From an uncultured Gemmatimonadales bacterium (GTDB lineage: Bacteria; Gemmatimonadota; Gemmatimonadetes; Gemmatimonadales; Gemmatimonadaceae): a stretch of 64,000 nucleotides of DNA. Position 1 is the first letter of the stretch. Every line of letters starts with the position of its first letter. This document shows positions 30,561 to 41,708 of the stretch, piece by piece. The notes below the pieces were generated by a model. That model had not been told where the DNA came from. It saw only the letters and a list, made by a program, of their open reading frames with translations, and ran no database searches. The position numbers and the translations under genes were made by a program. The DNA lies in assembly GCA_963793305.1 (NCBI GenBank), contig CAWBZV010000003.1, positions 32,001 through 96,000 on the forward strand. The letters are read 5' to 3'.

Positions 30561-31624
30561 AAGCACACATCGCGGTATTGCCGGGCGACGGCATCGGCCC
30601 AGAGGTCATCGCGGAAGGCGTGCGCGTGCTCGGCGCCATCGCCGAGCGATTCGGGCACACGTTTGATTGCACGCAGGCGCTAGTCGGCGGCGCGGCGCTC
30701 GATGCCTGCGGTATCGCGCTGCCGGTCGACACGTTGGCCATCGCCAAGTCGTCGGACGCCATTCTGCTCGGTGCCGTCGGTGGGCCGAAGTGGGATAATC
30801 CCGATGCGGTCCAGCGACCAGAGATGGGACTGCTCGGGCTTCGGAAAGGGCTCGAGCTGTACGCGAATCTTCGACCGGTCACGGTGCAGCCCTCCCTCGT
30901 GGCCGCGTCGCCGATCCGTGCGGACCGACTCACCGGCGTCGACATTCTGGTCGTGCGTGAGCTCACCGGTGGGTTGTACTTCGGCCCACAGGGGCGGGAC
31001 GGCGACCGGGCGTTCGACACGTGCGTCTATACGACGGCCGAGGTCGAGCGCGTCGTGCGGCTCGCCGCCCGCATCGCGCGCACGCGGCGCGGCAAGCTGA
31101 CGTTGGTCGACAAGGCCAACGTGCTCATGACCTCCCGCCTGTGGCGCAACGTCGTCGCGCGGTTGGCTCGCGAGGAATTTCCCGACCTCACGGTCGAGCA
31201 TGTACTCGTCGATGCGTGCGCAATGCACCTCATCCGGCGGCCCGCCGACTTTGACGTCATCGTCACCGACAACATGTTCGGGGACATTCTCACCGACGAG
31301 GCATCCGTGCTCGCCGGTTCGGTAGGCCTCCTGCCGTCCGCGTCACTCGGCGACACGCGCCGTGGACTCTACGAGCCGATCCACGGCTCGGCGCCCGACA
31401 TCGCGGGCCAGGGCGTCGCGAATCCCGTCGGCACCATACTGAGTGTCGCCCTCTTGCTCCGCCACTCCCTCGGCCTCGAAGCCGAGGCCCGCGCCATCGA
31501 GACCGCCGTCTTGGCCACCATCGACTCCGGCTGCCTCACGCGCGATCTCGCCCCGTCAGGAATTCGGCCTGCGACGACGCACGACGTGGGATCCGCGGTC
31601 ATTGCGAAGCTGACGATCAGCTGA
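30557..31624 (+). CDS. leuB: 3-isopropylmalate dehydrogenase
   Basis: [25 protein letters not shown] and HGSAPDIAG motifs. Confidence 0.95.
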   Translation: MKAHIAVLPGDGIGPEVIAEGVRVLGAIAERFGHTFDCTQALVGGAALDACGIALPVDTLAIAKSSDAILLGAVGGPKWDNPDAVQRPEMGLLGLRKGLELYANLRPVTVQPSLVAASPIRADRLTGVDILVVRELTGGLYFGPQGRDGDRAFDTCVYTTAEVERVVRLAARIARTRRGKLTLVDKANVLMTSRLWRNVVARLAREEFPDLTVEHVLVDACAMHLIRRPADFDVIVTDNMFGDILTDEASVLAGSVGLLPSASLGDTRRGLYEPIHGSAPDIAGQGVANPVGTILSVALLLRHSLGLEAEARAIETAVLATIDSGCLTRDLAPSGIRPATTHDVGSAVIAKLTIS

Positions 31625-31650
31625 CGCACCGTTCGACATTGCGCGTTGCC

Positions 31651-31670
31651 GACGCCGACTCCTCGGCGTT
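31651..31670 (+). terminator. Hairpin downstream of leuB
   Basis: GACGCCGA-ctcc-TCGGCGTT; no U-tract. Confidence 0.3.
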
Positions 31671-31697
31671 AGGCTCGGCTTATACACGGGAGGCAAC

Positions 31698-32268
31698 GTG
31701 CAAAAGAGATTAGTGACGGCGGAAGAGTATGCGGAAGGGTCCTGGGGCGACGAGACGACCCAAGAGGAGCTCGTGCGCGGGGTCGTGATGTGCGTGCGCG
31801 ACCTTCCGCCCACACATGCACACGGCGCGACCAAGAGGCGCGTCTTTCTTCTTCTTCACGAATTCGTGAATGCCCACCGCCTCGGATACGTGTGGTCCGA
31901 GGACGGCTTCATCCTCGAACGGGGACCGGACACAGTTCGGATACCGGAACGTTTATTTCATACGAGATGAGCGCGTGGACCTGGACGTCCACCCGTACCC
32001 CATTGGGGCGCCGGATCTCGCGATCGAGATTCTGTCGCCGAGTAATCGTAGGAGGCAGGTCGCCGAGCGGGTCGCAGACTTGCTCAGGACGGGTTCCAGA
32101 CTCGTGTGGTGCATCAACCCAAAGAAGCGCATAGTCACGATCTATCGCCCAGACGGTACAACCCAGGTACTGCTCGAGACCGACACGCTCTCGGGCGAAG
32201 ACGTCGTGCCCGGCTTCGCGTGTCTCGTCTCGGAATTATTCGACAAGGTCGTGTACTACGGCTCTTGA
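31698..32268 (+). CDS. Uma2 family PD-(D/E)XK endonuclease-like protein (apparent +1 frameshift near 31948)
   Basis: GGAGG SD; ELVRG..H, VRIP(D)VYF, APDLAIEILSPSN and LSGEDVVPGF motifs split over two frames. Confidence 0.85.
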
Positions 32269-32292
32269 CACACGAACGCCTAAGTGTAGGTT
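32265..32292 (+). promoter_or_regulatory. Sigma70-type promoter of the ilv leader
   Basis: TTGACA (32265-32270, contains the Uma2 stop), 16 nt spacer, TAGGTT (32287-32292). Confidence 0.7.
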
Positions 32293-32301
32293 CTCAAGAA
32301 G

Positions 32302-32388
32302 ATGCCTCGCGCAACCCTCGTCCTTAGCCTCGTACTCGTACTCCTCATTACCGGGGGAGCATTCGTGCTTGGGAGGCCGACGGTCTAG
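32302..32388 (+). CDS. Branched-chain amino acid operon leader peptide (28 aa)
   Basis: [28 protein letters not shown]; 10 of residues 6-16 are Leu/Val/Ile; lies between the promoter and a terminator ahead of ilvD. Confidence 0.85.
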   Translation: MPRATLVLSLVLVLLITGGAFVLGRPTV

Positions 32389-32417
32389 GTTCAGCGACGG
32401 ACGACACTGACACCGAC

Positions 32418-32443
32418 ACCCCTCCCCAAAAGGAGGGGTTTTT
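32418..32443 (+). terminator. Attenuator terminator before ilvD
   Basis: ACCCCTCC-ccaaaa-GGAGGGGT-TTTT; GGGAGG at 32371-32376 can pair with CCTCCC as an antiterminator. Confidence 0.85.
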
Positions 32444-32447
32444 AATT

Positions 32448-34118
32448 ATGCGATCAGATACGATCAAAAGTGGCTTCAATCGCGCACCACATCGCAGTCT
32501 GCTTCGGGCCACGGGCCAGATCCGTGACCGGGGTGACTTCGACAAGCCGTTCATCGCCGTCTGCAACAGCTACGTCGACATCATCCCGGGCCACGCGCAC
32601 TTGCAGGAGCTCGGCCGCGCAGTCAAGGTGGCGGTGCGCGAAGCTGGCGGCGTGCCGTTCGAGTTCAATACGATCGGCGTCGACGATGGCATCGTGATGG
32701 GCCATGACGGCATGCGCTACTCGCTGCCGTCACGCGAGTTGATCGCGGACTGTGTCGAGACCATGGCCACCGCGCACTGCTTCGACGGCATGATCTGCAT
32801 CCCCAACTGCGACAAGATCGTGCCGGGCATGCTGATGGGTGCGGCGCGCGTGAACATCCCGACGGTGTTCGTCTCGGGCGGCCCGATGGCAAAAGGCATC
32901 GACTCGTCGGGTCGCGCCATCGACTTGATCTCCGTGTTCGAAGGCGTCGGCGCCCACGCGGCCGGCACGATCGACGACGCGCGACTGGACGAGCTGGAAC
33001 GGCTGGCATGTCCCACGTGCGGCAGCTGCTCCGGCATGTTCACGGCGAACTCGATGAACTGCTTATGCGAGGCACTCGGCGTCGCGCTGCCCGGCAACGG
33101 CTCGGTCCTCGCGACCGCGCCGGAGCGGCGTGACCTCGTCGTCGAAGCCGCGCGCACCGTTCTCAGACTCGTGCGCGACGATGTGCGCTTTCTCGACATC
33201 GTGACGGCAGCGGCGATCGATAACGCCATGGCGCTGGACATGGCCATGGGCGGGTCGACCAACACGGTGTTGCACGTGCTGGCGCTCGCGCGCGAGGCCG
33301 GGCTCGACTATCCGGTGAGTCGATTCAACGACGTTGCCGAGCGCGTGCCGCATCTCGCCAAGATCTCGCCCGCGTGGGATGGCCCGCGGCAATGGCACAT
33401 GCAGGACGTGCATGCGGCCGGCGGCGTCTCGGCCATCCTGCGTCAGCTCATCGACGTGCCCGGCGCGCTGTCGCCGAATGCGCTCACGGTCACCGGTCGG
33501 ACGCTCGGCGAGACGGTCGCACTCGCCGAGACCTTCAATCCAGATTGTATTCGACCCGCCTCGCGTCCGCACTCGAAGCGCGGGGCGCTCGCGGTGCTGT
33601 TCGGCTCTCTGGCGCCCGAAGGGGCCGTCATCAAGGTCGGCGCGGTCGAGCAGCACGAGATGACATTCCGCGGGCCGGCGCGCGTGTTCGATAGCGAGGA
33701 AGATGCGACGAACGCCGCGTGCAACGGCTCCATTCAGCCGGGCGATGTCGTGGTCGTGCGTTTCGAAGGGCCCAAAGGCGGACCGGGCATGCGCGAGATG
33801 CTCTCGCTCACCAGCCTGCTCAAAGGCATGCCGCTTGGCGCATCGGTCGCGCTGGTGACCGATGGCCGATTCTCCGGCGGCACGCGGGGACTCTGCATCG
33901 GGCACGTGTCGCCGGAAGCCGAAGAGGGCGGCCCGATTGGGTTGCTCCAAGACGGCGATACGATCACGATCGATCTCGCCGCGCGGTCCATCGAGGTCAC
34001 GGCGGATCTGAGCGGGCGCACGGTCCAGCGGCGACCGCGGCGACTGAAGGGTTGGCTGGCGCGATACGCGAAGCTGGTGACCAACGCCAGCAACGGCGCG
34101 GTGCTCGGCGATGTCTGA
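32448..34118 (+). CDS. ilvD: Dihydroxy-acid dehydratase
   Basis: [31 protein letters not shown] and TDGRFSG motifs. Confidence 0.96.
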   Translation: MRSDTIKSGFNRAPHRSLLRATGQIRDRGDFDKPFIAVCNSYVDIIPGHAHLQELGRAVKVAVREAGGVPFEFNTIGVDDGIVMGHDGMRYSLPSRELIADCVETMATAHCFDGMICIPNCDKIVPGMLMGAARVNIPTVFVSGGPMAKGIDSSGRAIDLISVFEGVGAHAAGTIDDARLDELERLACPTCGSCSGMFTANSMNCLCEALGVALPGNGSVLATAPERRDLVVEAARTVLRLVRDDVRFLDIVTAAAIDNAMALDMAMGGSTNTVLHVLALAREAGLDYPVSRFNDVAERVPHLAKISPAWDGPRQWHMQDVHAAGGVSAILRQLIDVPGALSPNALTVTGRTLGETVALAETFNPDCIRPASRPHSKRGALAVLFGSLAPEGAVIKVGAVEQHEMTFRGPARVFDSEEDATNAACNGSIQPGDVVVVRFEGPKGGPGMREMLSLTSLLKGMPLGASVALVTDGRFSGGTRGLCIGHVSPEAEEGGPIGLLQDGDTITIDLAARSIEVTADLSGRTVQRRPRRLKGWLARYAKLVTNASNGAVLGDV

Positions 34119-35887
34119 GATGCGCACCGGAGCACAGATCATGTGCGAGGCCCTTCTGCGCGAGGGCGTCTCGGTCATGTTCGGCGTGCCCGGCGGCGCG
34201 ATCATGCCGTTCTACTACGCGATGTACGAGTATCGCGACCGGCTGCATCACGTGCTGTGCCGGCACGAGCAAGGCGCTGGCCACGCGGCAGAGGGCTACG
34301 CGCGCTCGACGGGTCGCGCGGGCGTGTGCGTCGCGACCAGTGGGCCCGGGGCGACGAATCTCGTGACGCCGATCGCCGATGCCTGGATGGACTCGACGCC
34401 GCTCGTCGCGATCACCGGTCAGGTGTCGAGCACGGTACTCGGCAAGGATGCGTTTCAAGAGACCGACATCACCGGGATCACCGTGCCGATCACGAAGCAC
34501 AATTATCTCGTCAAGCGGGCCGAAGATCTGCCAGTCGTGTTTCGCGAAGCGTTCTATCTGGCGACCACTGGCAGGCCCGGGCCCGTGTTGATCGATGTGA
34601 CCAAAGACGCACAACAGGCGAAAGTGATCCCCGATTGGACCGCGCCGATTCGGCTCCCCGGGTACACGCCGACCTATGACGGGTGTGCGCACCAGGTGTG
34701 CGCCGCCGTCGAGTTACTCGTGGCCGCGGAGCGGCCCCTGATCATGGCCGGTAACGGTGTGATTCAGAGCGGCGCCAGCGCCGAATTGTTGGAGCTGGCC
34801 GAACGCACGGGCATCCCGGTGATCACCACGCTCCACGGACTCGGCGCGTTCCCTCAGGATCACCCGCTGAGCATCGGCATGCCGGGCATGCACGGCTGGG
34901 TGCACGTCAACCGCGCGATCCAGGAGTGCGATGTCCTCCTCAACATCGGCGGCCGATTCGACGACCGCGTAACGGGCAACGCGTCCTCGTTCGCCCCCCA
35001 TGCGAAAATCATTCATATCGACATCGATCCATCGGAGATCGGCAAGAACGTCCGCGTGGCGGTCCCGATCGTGGGCGACGCCCAGCGCGTGCTGCGTATG
35101 ATGTTAGGCCTCATGCCGTGCCGCTGGTCGGCGACTTGGCTCGGCCACATCCGCGACGTGCAGGCCAAGTATCAGCGGCGGCACAAGGAGTTGAACCGGC
35201 CGCACACCGAGGCGCTGATGCCGCACGAGGTGTATGCGGCGCTCAATGATGCGCTCAAAGTCCGAGGGCCGAGTCGGGTCGTCACCGATGTGGGCCAGCA
35301 TCGAGATGTGGGCGGCGCAGCTCATCGAGTGGTACAGGCCCCGGAGTCACATCACCTCGGGTGGCGCTGGCACGATGGGATTTGCGGTGCCAGCGGCGCT
35401 CGGCGTTGCCATGGCCCATCCGGACGAGACCGTGTGGGTGATCGTCGGCGACGGCGGATTCCAGATGACGAATCAGGAGCTCGCGACGATCGTCCAGGAA
35501 GGCTGCCGCAACATCAAGATCGCCGTGATCAACAATGGCTATCTCGGCATGGTGCGCCAGTGGCAGGAGTTGTTCGAAGGTCGCCGCTACAGCGGCACGT
35601 TGCTCAGCGGCCCTGACTTCGCCGAGCTGGCGGCCGCGTACGGCTTGCTCGGTCTCCGAGTCGAGCGGCCAGAGGACGTCGCGGCGGCCATCGACCGCGC
35701 GTGGGACCACGACGCGTGCGCGGTCATCGACTTTCGCGTCGAGCGCGAGGTGAATGTGTTTCCCATCGTGCCGGCCGGGAAGAGTCTCGATGAGATGTTG
35801 GTGGAGCTCGACGCAGTCGAGATCAGGTCAACCGACCAGTCGAGCGAAGCGCAGCGGAGCATCGACGCGCGGCGGAGCCGCGTGTGA
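34111..35887 (+). CDS. ilvB: Acetolactate synthase large subunit (apparent +1 frameshift at 35303)
   Basis: [19 protein letters not shown] and GDGGFQM...[12 protein letters not shown] motifs; one extra G breaks DVGQHQMW. Confidence 0.92.
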
Positions 35888-36363
35888 TGCATACCGTCGT
35901 AGCACTGGTGCAGGATCATCCAGGCGTGTTGCACCGGGTGGTGAGCCTGATTCGGCGGCGGGGCTACAACATCGAGAGCCTGACCGTGGGCCGGTGCGAG
36001 TTACCGGGAGTGAGTCGCATGACGCTCGTCGTCGACGCGGACGTCGAGCAGGTCACGAAGCAGTTGAACCGTTTAGTCGAGGTGCTCAAGGTGCAAGACG
36101 TGACACACGATCGCACGGTCGAGCGCGAGACCGTGCTGGTGAAGGTGCACGCGCCGGCGCAGAGTCGCGCGGGACTCATCTCGTTGACCACGAGCCACGG
36201 CGCCAGAACGGTCGACGTGGGTATCGCGACCCTGGTCTTCGAGCTGACCGAGTCGCCGAAGAAGGTCGATGCGTTTCTCGACCTTCTCACGCCTATCGGC
36301 ATCACCGAGATGATCCGGAGCGGGCGGATAGCGATGGCGCAGGCCGACGGGTCAGGGGACTGA
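35887..36363 (+). CDS. ilvN: Acetolactate synthase small (regulatory) subunit
   Basis: [16 protein letters not shown] and [12 protein letters not shown]-domain motifs. Confidence 0.93.
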   Translation: MHTVVALVQDHPGVLHRVVSLIRRRGYNIESLTVGRCELPGVSRMTLVVDADVEQVTKQLNRLVEVLKVQDVTHDRTVERETVLVKVHAPAQSRAGLISLTTSHGARTVDVGIATLVFELTESPKKVDAFLDLLTPIGITEMIRSGRIAMAQADGSGD

Positions 36364-36367
36364 GGTC

Positions 36368-37381
36368 ATGGCCAAACTCTATTACGACACCCAGGCCGAT
36401 ATCGGCCGCTGGGCCAGCCGCCCGATCGCGGTCATCGGGTTCGGTAGCCAGGGCCATGCGCACGCGCTCAACCTGCGTGACAGTGGCCTCGACGTTCGCG
36501 TCGGCCTGTCCCCCAACTCCCCGAGCCGTCAAAAGGCCGCGGCTCACGGTCTTCGTGTCCTCGACGTTTCGGAGGCGGTGCGCGAAGCGCACGCCATCAT
36601 GATCCTCACACCCGATCACAGCCAGCGCGAGCTATACGAGACCGCGATTCGCCCCGCGCTGGCGCCGGGCAAGACGTTGATGTTCGCGCATGGATTCAAC
36701 ATCCGGTATGCCCAGATCGTCCCGCCCGCGGGCGTTGACGTCAGCATGGTCGCACCGAAAGCGCCGGGCCACCGGGTGCGCGAGGTTTTTGTGGCTGGCG
36801 GCGGAGTGCCAGCACTCGTGGCGGTCGAGCAGGACGCGTCGGGACACGCGCTCGCCGACGCGCTTGGTTATGCCAAGGGCATCGGGTGTACGAGGGCCGG
36901 AGTCTTAGAGACCACGTTCACCGAAGAGACCGAGACCGATCTCTTCGGCGAACAAGCCGTGCTCTGCGGCGGCGTCTCGGCCCTCGTCAAGGCCGGATTC
37001 GAGACTCTCGTCGAAGCCGGCTACCAACCGGAGGTCGCCTACTTCGAATGCCTCCACGAGCTCAAGCTGATCGTGGACCTCATGTATCAGGGTGGGCTCA
37101 ACTACATGCGATACTCGGTGTCGGATACGGCCGAGTATGGCGACTACACGGCGGGGCCGCGGATCATCGGGGATGAGACACGAGCGGTGATGCGATCATT
37201 GCTCGCCGACATCCAGAGTGGCGCGTTCGCCGAGGAGTGGATCGCCGAGAATCGCACGGGGCGCGCCTGCTTCAACCTGTGGCGCGCGAAGGACGTCGCG
37301 CATCCCATCGAGCGCGTGGGCAAGACGCTGCGTCGCATGATGCCGTTCGTCTCGCCGAAAGAGATCGTCCCCGGGTCATGA
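36368..37381 (+). CDS. ilvC: Ketol-acid reductoisomerase
   Basis: [16 protein letters not shown] and [16 protein letters not shown] motifs. Confidence 0.96.
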   Translation: MAKLYYDTQADIGRWASRPIAVIGFGSQGHAHALNLRDSGLDVRVGLSPNSPSRQKAAAHGLRVLDVSEAVREAHAIMILTPDHSQRELYETAIRPALAPGKTLMFAHGFNIRYAQIVPPAGVDVSMVAPKAPGHRVREVFVAGGGVPALVAVEQDASGHALADALGYAKGIGCTRAGVLETTFTEETETDLFGEQAVLCGGVSALVKAGFETLVEAGYQPEVAYFECLHELKLIVDLMYQGGLNYMRYSVSDTAEYGDYTAGPRIIGDETRAVMRSLLADIQSGAFAEEWIAENRTGRACFNLWRAKDVAHPIERVGKTLRRMMPFVSPKEIVPGS

Positions 37382-38861
37382 CGCGCGTTTTGATTTTTGA
37401 TACGACGCTGCGCGACGGCGAGCAGGCGCCGGGGTGCACGATGACGCGCGACGAGAAGCTCGAACGTCGCGCACCAGCTGGCGCGGCTCGGCGTCGATAT
37501 CATCGAGGCCGGGTTTCCGGCGGCATCACAGGGCGACTTCGACGCGGTCCACGCCATCGCGACCAACGTCACCGGCCCGGTGATCTGCGGCCTGGCCCGC
37601 GCGAACGAAGCGGACATCGATCGCTGTGCCGCCTCTCTCGCACCGGCGCCGCGTCGCCGCATTCACACATTTCTGGCCACGTCTGACATCCACCTGACGT
37701 ACAAGCTGCGCATGACGCGGAGCCAGGTGGTCGAGACGGTAGCCAAAATGGTGAGACACGCGTCCGAGCGATGCGAGGACGTCGAGTTCTCTCCGGAAGA
37801 CGCCGGCCGGTCAGACCCGGCGTTCTTGTACGAATGTCCTCGCTGCCGCCGTCGAACATGGCGCGACGACGCTGAATATCCCAGACACCGTCGGATACGT
37901 CACGCCGGACGAGTATGGCGCACTGATTCGGGGCATTCGAGAGAAAGTGCCGGACGATGTCGTGATCTCGACGCATTGTCACGACGACTTGGGACTAGCC
38001 GTAGCGAACTCGCTTGCTGGAGTCAGGGCTGGAGCCACGCAGATCGAGTGCACGATCAATGGCCTTGGAGAGCGCGCGGGGAACGCGTCGCTCGAAGAAT
38101 GCGTGATGGCGCTCCACACGCGCGGCGCCTACTTCGGTCTCACGACTGGAATCGTGACACGCGAGTTGGCGAGCACCTCGCGCCTCGTTTCGCATTGTAC
38201 CGGGGTCCGAGTACCGCCGAACAAGGCGATCGTCGGCGCGAACGCCTTCGCCCACGAGGCGGGCATTCACCAAGACGGAGTGCTCAAGAACCCGCTGACG
38301 TACGAGATCATGAGCGCCGAGACCGTAGGGATGGAGGCCAAGCCTCTGGTGCTGGGGAAGCACTCGGGTCGCCACGCGTTTCGGAAGCACCTCGAGGACC
38401 TCGGCATCCGTCTCTCCGACGGCGACCTCGTGGGCGCGTTCTCCCGGTTCAAGGACACCGCCGACCAGAAGACTCCCGAGATGTACGCGCTCGTTCACGT
38501 GCAAGTGTCCTGTGGCACCGGATCCATCCCAACCGCAACGGTGCGGCTGCGTCGAGCCGAAGACGATGCCTTGCTGACCGAGTCGGCGCAGGGCGCCGGT
38601 CCCGTGGATGCCTTGTGTCAGGCGATCAACAAGATCGTCGGCGATGTCGGCATCCTCACGGAGTTTGCGGTCGACGCCGTGACCGAAGGAATCAACGCCG
38701 TCGGCGCCGTGACGATGGACGTGGAGGGCCATGTCGGTTACGGCGTGGATACGGATATCATCGTGGCTTCGGCGAGAGCCTACGTGGCGGCCGTGAACAA
38801 GCGCTGCAGTTATCTTTCCGGGCGTGATCGATGTCTCCGGCCTGACCCGGTTGTACGGTGA
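37378..38861 (+). CDS. leuA: 2-isopropylmalate synthase (apparent +1 frameshifts at 37465 and 37835)
   Basis: [39 protein letters not shown] and GPVDA motifs across three frames. Confidence 0.9.
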
Positions 38862-39540
38862 GCTCGTCGCCGTCGACCAATTGTCCTTCCGAGTCGGCCC
38901 GGGCGAGATCATGGGCCTGGTTGGTCCAAACGGCGCCGGCAAGACCACCACGCTGCGCAGCGTCGCCGGCATCATCCGTCCCACGGCTGGCACGATCACG
39001 ATTGCCGGCGCGGATCTGGCGAAGGATCCTCTCACCGCGAAACGCGCGCTCGCGTTCATTCCCGACGAGCCCGAGCTCTTCGAGTACCTGACGGTCGAGG
39101 AGCATCTCCGGTTCGTCTCGCGGATCTACTCGGTCGCGCACGTCGACGAGCGGGTCACGCCGCTACTCGATGAGTTGGAGCTCACGGACAAGCGCGGATC
39201 GCTGCCGGCCGAGCTCTCGCGCGGGATGCGCCAGAAGCTCGCCATTGCCTGTGGTTTGATCCACGATCCCGCCGTGTTGATTCTCGACGAGCCGCTCACC
39301 GGGCTCGATCCCGCGGGCATCAAGCGGATGAAGGAGACGATCGTCGAGCGTGCGGCGGCCGGCGCTGCGGTCGTTTTGAGCTCTCACCTGCTGCACCTGG
39401 TCGAGGAGCTCTGCACGCAAATCCTGGTGCTGCGCCGCGGCCGGATGGTCGCCTACGGCACGGTCACCGACATCGTCGCCGCGCGACCGGATCTGGCGGG
39501 GCTGGGACTCGAGGATCTCTTCCTCGCGCTGACCGCGTGA
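38824..39540 (+). CDS. ABC transporter ATP-binding protein
   Basis: [16 protein letters not shown] and LDEPLTGLD motifs. Confidence 0.92.
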   Translation: MIDVSGLTRLYGELVAVDQLSFRVGPGEIMGLVGPNGAGKTTTLRSVAGIIRPTAGTITIAGADLAKDPLTAKRALAFIPDEPELFEYLTVEEHLRFVSRIYSVAHVDERVTPLLDELELTDKRGSLPAELSRGMRQKLAIACGLIHDPAVLILDEPLTGLDPAGIKRMKETIVERAAAGAAVVLSSHLLHLVEELCTQILVLRRGRMVAYGTVTDIVAARPDLAGLGLEDLFLALTA

Positions 39541-41258
39541 GACTCGACGCCCTCGCGTATTTGCTCGGCCGGTCGGCCCGAAACCGGTTCCGGGCGTCGC
39601 TGGCGCGTCTCCGCAAACCGGTGTACGCGGCCGCACTCGTCGTCGGTCTCTTGTACCTCGCGCTGATTTTGTATCGACCCGAGGGCGATGCCGCACCGTC
39701 GCCGACCGCGTACTTGCCGATCCAGCGCGGGTTCGGGCTCCTGAGCGCCTTCCTGCTCGCGGTGCTCGCCGCGAAGTGGTGGATCTTCGGTGCGTCGACG
39801 ATACCGCTGGCGTTCACGCCGGCCGAGATCCAGCTGCTGTTCCCGGCGCCGCTCCGCCGGCGGGATCTCATTCTCTATCGGTTGCTCCGCGTGCAGATCT
39901 CGATGCTGGTGAGCGCCGCGTTCATTGCGTTGTTGCTGTGGCGGAGCCGGGGCGCCGGGTATCCGCTCGCCTTGCCGCTCCGGATGATCGGGCTCTGGAT
40001 CCTGTTCGCGACTTCGTTCATGCACCAGATGGGCGTGACGCTGGTCCGGACCGCCGCGGCGCAGCGGGGCCGCGGGCTCGCGCGCAACCTCCCGGCGCTC
40101 GTCGTCGTGTGCACGGCCATCGGCCTGCTCGCGTACTCGTTGGCCCCCGCGCTCCTGTCGATCCATTCTATTGGAGACGTGCCGGCGGCAATCGGGCGAA
40201 TCGGCGACGCGATGCACGAGCCGATCCCGAGCGCGATCCTGGCGCCGTTTCGCTGGGTCATCGCGCCGGCGTACGCCGAGTCGAACCACGCCTGGCTCGT
40301 GGCAATCGGGCCGGCGCTGCTGCTGCTCGTCTTTCATTACATATGGGTGCTGCGCGCCGACGCCGTGTTCGAGGATGCCGCGGTCGATGCGTCGGCACGC
40401 CGGGCCGCGCGGCTCCGGGCTCGTGCCACCACGGCGCGTCCAGCCTCGACCAACACCCGCACGCTGGTCCGGCTGTCCGCTCACGGACCGGCGTGGTCGG
40501 CGATCGTGTGGAAGAACGTGACCGCCGCCGCGCGTGGGCTCAAGCTGACCGGGGCGATCCGGTTCACGTTCGTGCTCGTGGTCACGTTCTCGGTGTGGCG
40601 TGCGGTCGGGTTCCAGGCAACGAGAGAAGCCAGCCTGGTGGTGTTCGTCGGACTGGCCGCCCTCGTGGCGGTGGCTTACCTGGCGCTCGCCGGGCCCCTC
40701 ACGATCCGGAACGACCTGCGCGCCGACCTCGCGCATCTGCCGATGCTGCGCACGTATCCGCTCCACGGCCGCACGGTCGTGTTCGCCGAGGTCTTGTCGT
40801 CGACACTGACACTGACCGCGATGCAGGTTGCGCTGCTGGCTGTCGCGTTTGGGACCCTGACTGAGCGGCCGATCGGTGAGCGCTTCGGCGTGCTGCTCGC
40901 CGCCATCGTGATTCTGCCCGTCGTGAACCTCATGAGCCTCACGATCCAGAACGCGATTGCGTTGCTCGTGCCGGCGTGGGTCCGCATCGGTGGGCCGCTC
41001 GACTCCGGCCAGATCGCGTTCGAAGCGCTCGGCCAGCGCGCACTCGGCGCCATCGCGGCGTTGTTGGCGCTGGCGATCGCCCTCGCGCCCGCGACGGGCG
41101 CCGCGGTCCTCGTATCAATCCTCGCGGGTGGCAGCCCCGCAGCGGTAACGCTCGGAGTCGTGATCGGCTTAGCGATAGCGGCCTTCGAGATCGCGCTCGC
41201 GATGCGCTGGCTGGGGGGCGTGTTCGAGCGGACAGACCCGATCTCAATGCGGGACTAG
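39537..41258 (+). CDS. Putative ABC exporter permease
   Basis: Large multi-TM protein coupled (GTGA) to the ATPase; FTPAEIQLLFPAP and RNDLRADL motifs. Confidence 0.75.
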   Translation: MRLDALAYLLGRSARNRFRASLARLRKPVYAAALVVGLLYLALILYRPEGDAAPSPTAYLPIQRGFGLLSAFLLAVLAAKWWIFGASTIPLAFTPAEIQLLFPAPLRRRDLILYRLLRVQISMLVSAAFIALLLWRSRGAGYPLALPLRMIGLWILFATSFMHQMGVTLVRTAAAQRGRGLARNLPALVVVCTAIGLLAYSLAPALLSIHSIGDVPAAIGRIGDAMHEPIPSAILAPFRWVIAPAYAESNHAWLVAIGPALLLLVFHYIWVLRADAVFEDAAVDASARRAARLRARATTARPASTNTRTLVRLSAHGPAWSAIVWKNVTAAARGLKLTGAIRFTFVLVVTFSVWRAVGFQATREASLVVFVGLAALVAVAYLALAGPLTIRNDLRADLAHLPMLRTYPLHGRTVVFAEVLSSTLTLTAMQVALLAVAFGTLTERPIGERFGVLLAAIVILPVVNLMSLTIQNAIALLVPAWVRIGGPLDSGQIAFEALGQRALGAIAALLALAIALAPATGAAVLVSILAGGSPAAVTLGVVIGLAIAAFEIALAMRWLGGVFERTDPISMRD

Positions 41259-41708
41259 AAGCTCCACGACAACGAGATTCGTGACGGCGACCGGGCCGAA
41301 GTAGCGGCTGTCGAAGCTGCGGCGGTTGTCCGTCGCGAGCAGAAATAGCTCGCCTGGCCGTACGACTATCCACCCATCGGGCCGCGGCAATTTCCTCCCG
41401 CGCGAATCTGTGGCGAGCTGCCGGCTCCCCGGAATCAGAAACCCGTTGATGCGAACGCCCTCGGCGTCTATCTCGACGGTGTCGCCCGCGACAGCGGCGA
41501 CCCGTTTGCCCAATCGTTCCACGTGCCCAGGACATGGCCCGTAGCCTAGGTACCCGCGCTCACGAGCCAAGCGCCCGATCGCCAATGGCAGGCAGACGAC
41601 GACGATAGCGCCGCGCGTCACCGGAGCGTCAATCGGCCGATAGACACCGAGCGGCAGACTCGGGCTGAGGTTAATCCAGAGCGAGAGGATTCGACTCAGC
41701 CAGTCCAC
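41244..41708 (-). CDS. traF: Conjugative transfer S26 signal peptidase (TraF-like)
   Basis: NLSPSLPLGVY (Ser), LGKRVAA (Lys) and SFDSRYFGP motifs; N-terminal TM anchor short or absent. Confidence 0.8.
   Translation of the reverse strand: MDWLSRILSLWINLSPSLPLGVYRPIDAPVTRGAIVVVCLPLAIGRLARERGYLGYGPCPGHVERLGKRVAAVAGDTVEIDAEGVRINGFLIPGSRQLATDSRGRKLPRPDGWIVVRPGELFLLATDNRRSFDSRYFGPVAVTNLVVVELLVPH

Noticed and set aside
34111..38861. ilvB and leuA as true pseudogenes or programmed frameshifts
   Set aside because: No slippery sites or other decay; the same +1 insertion pattern hits unrelated genes, so error is more likely.
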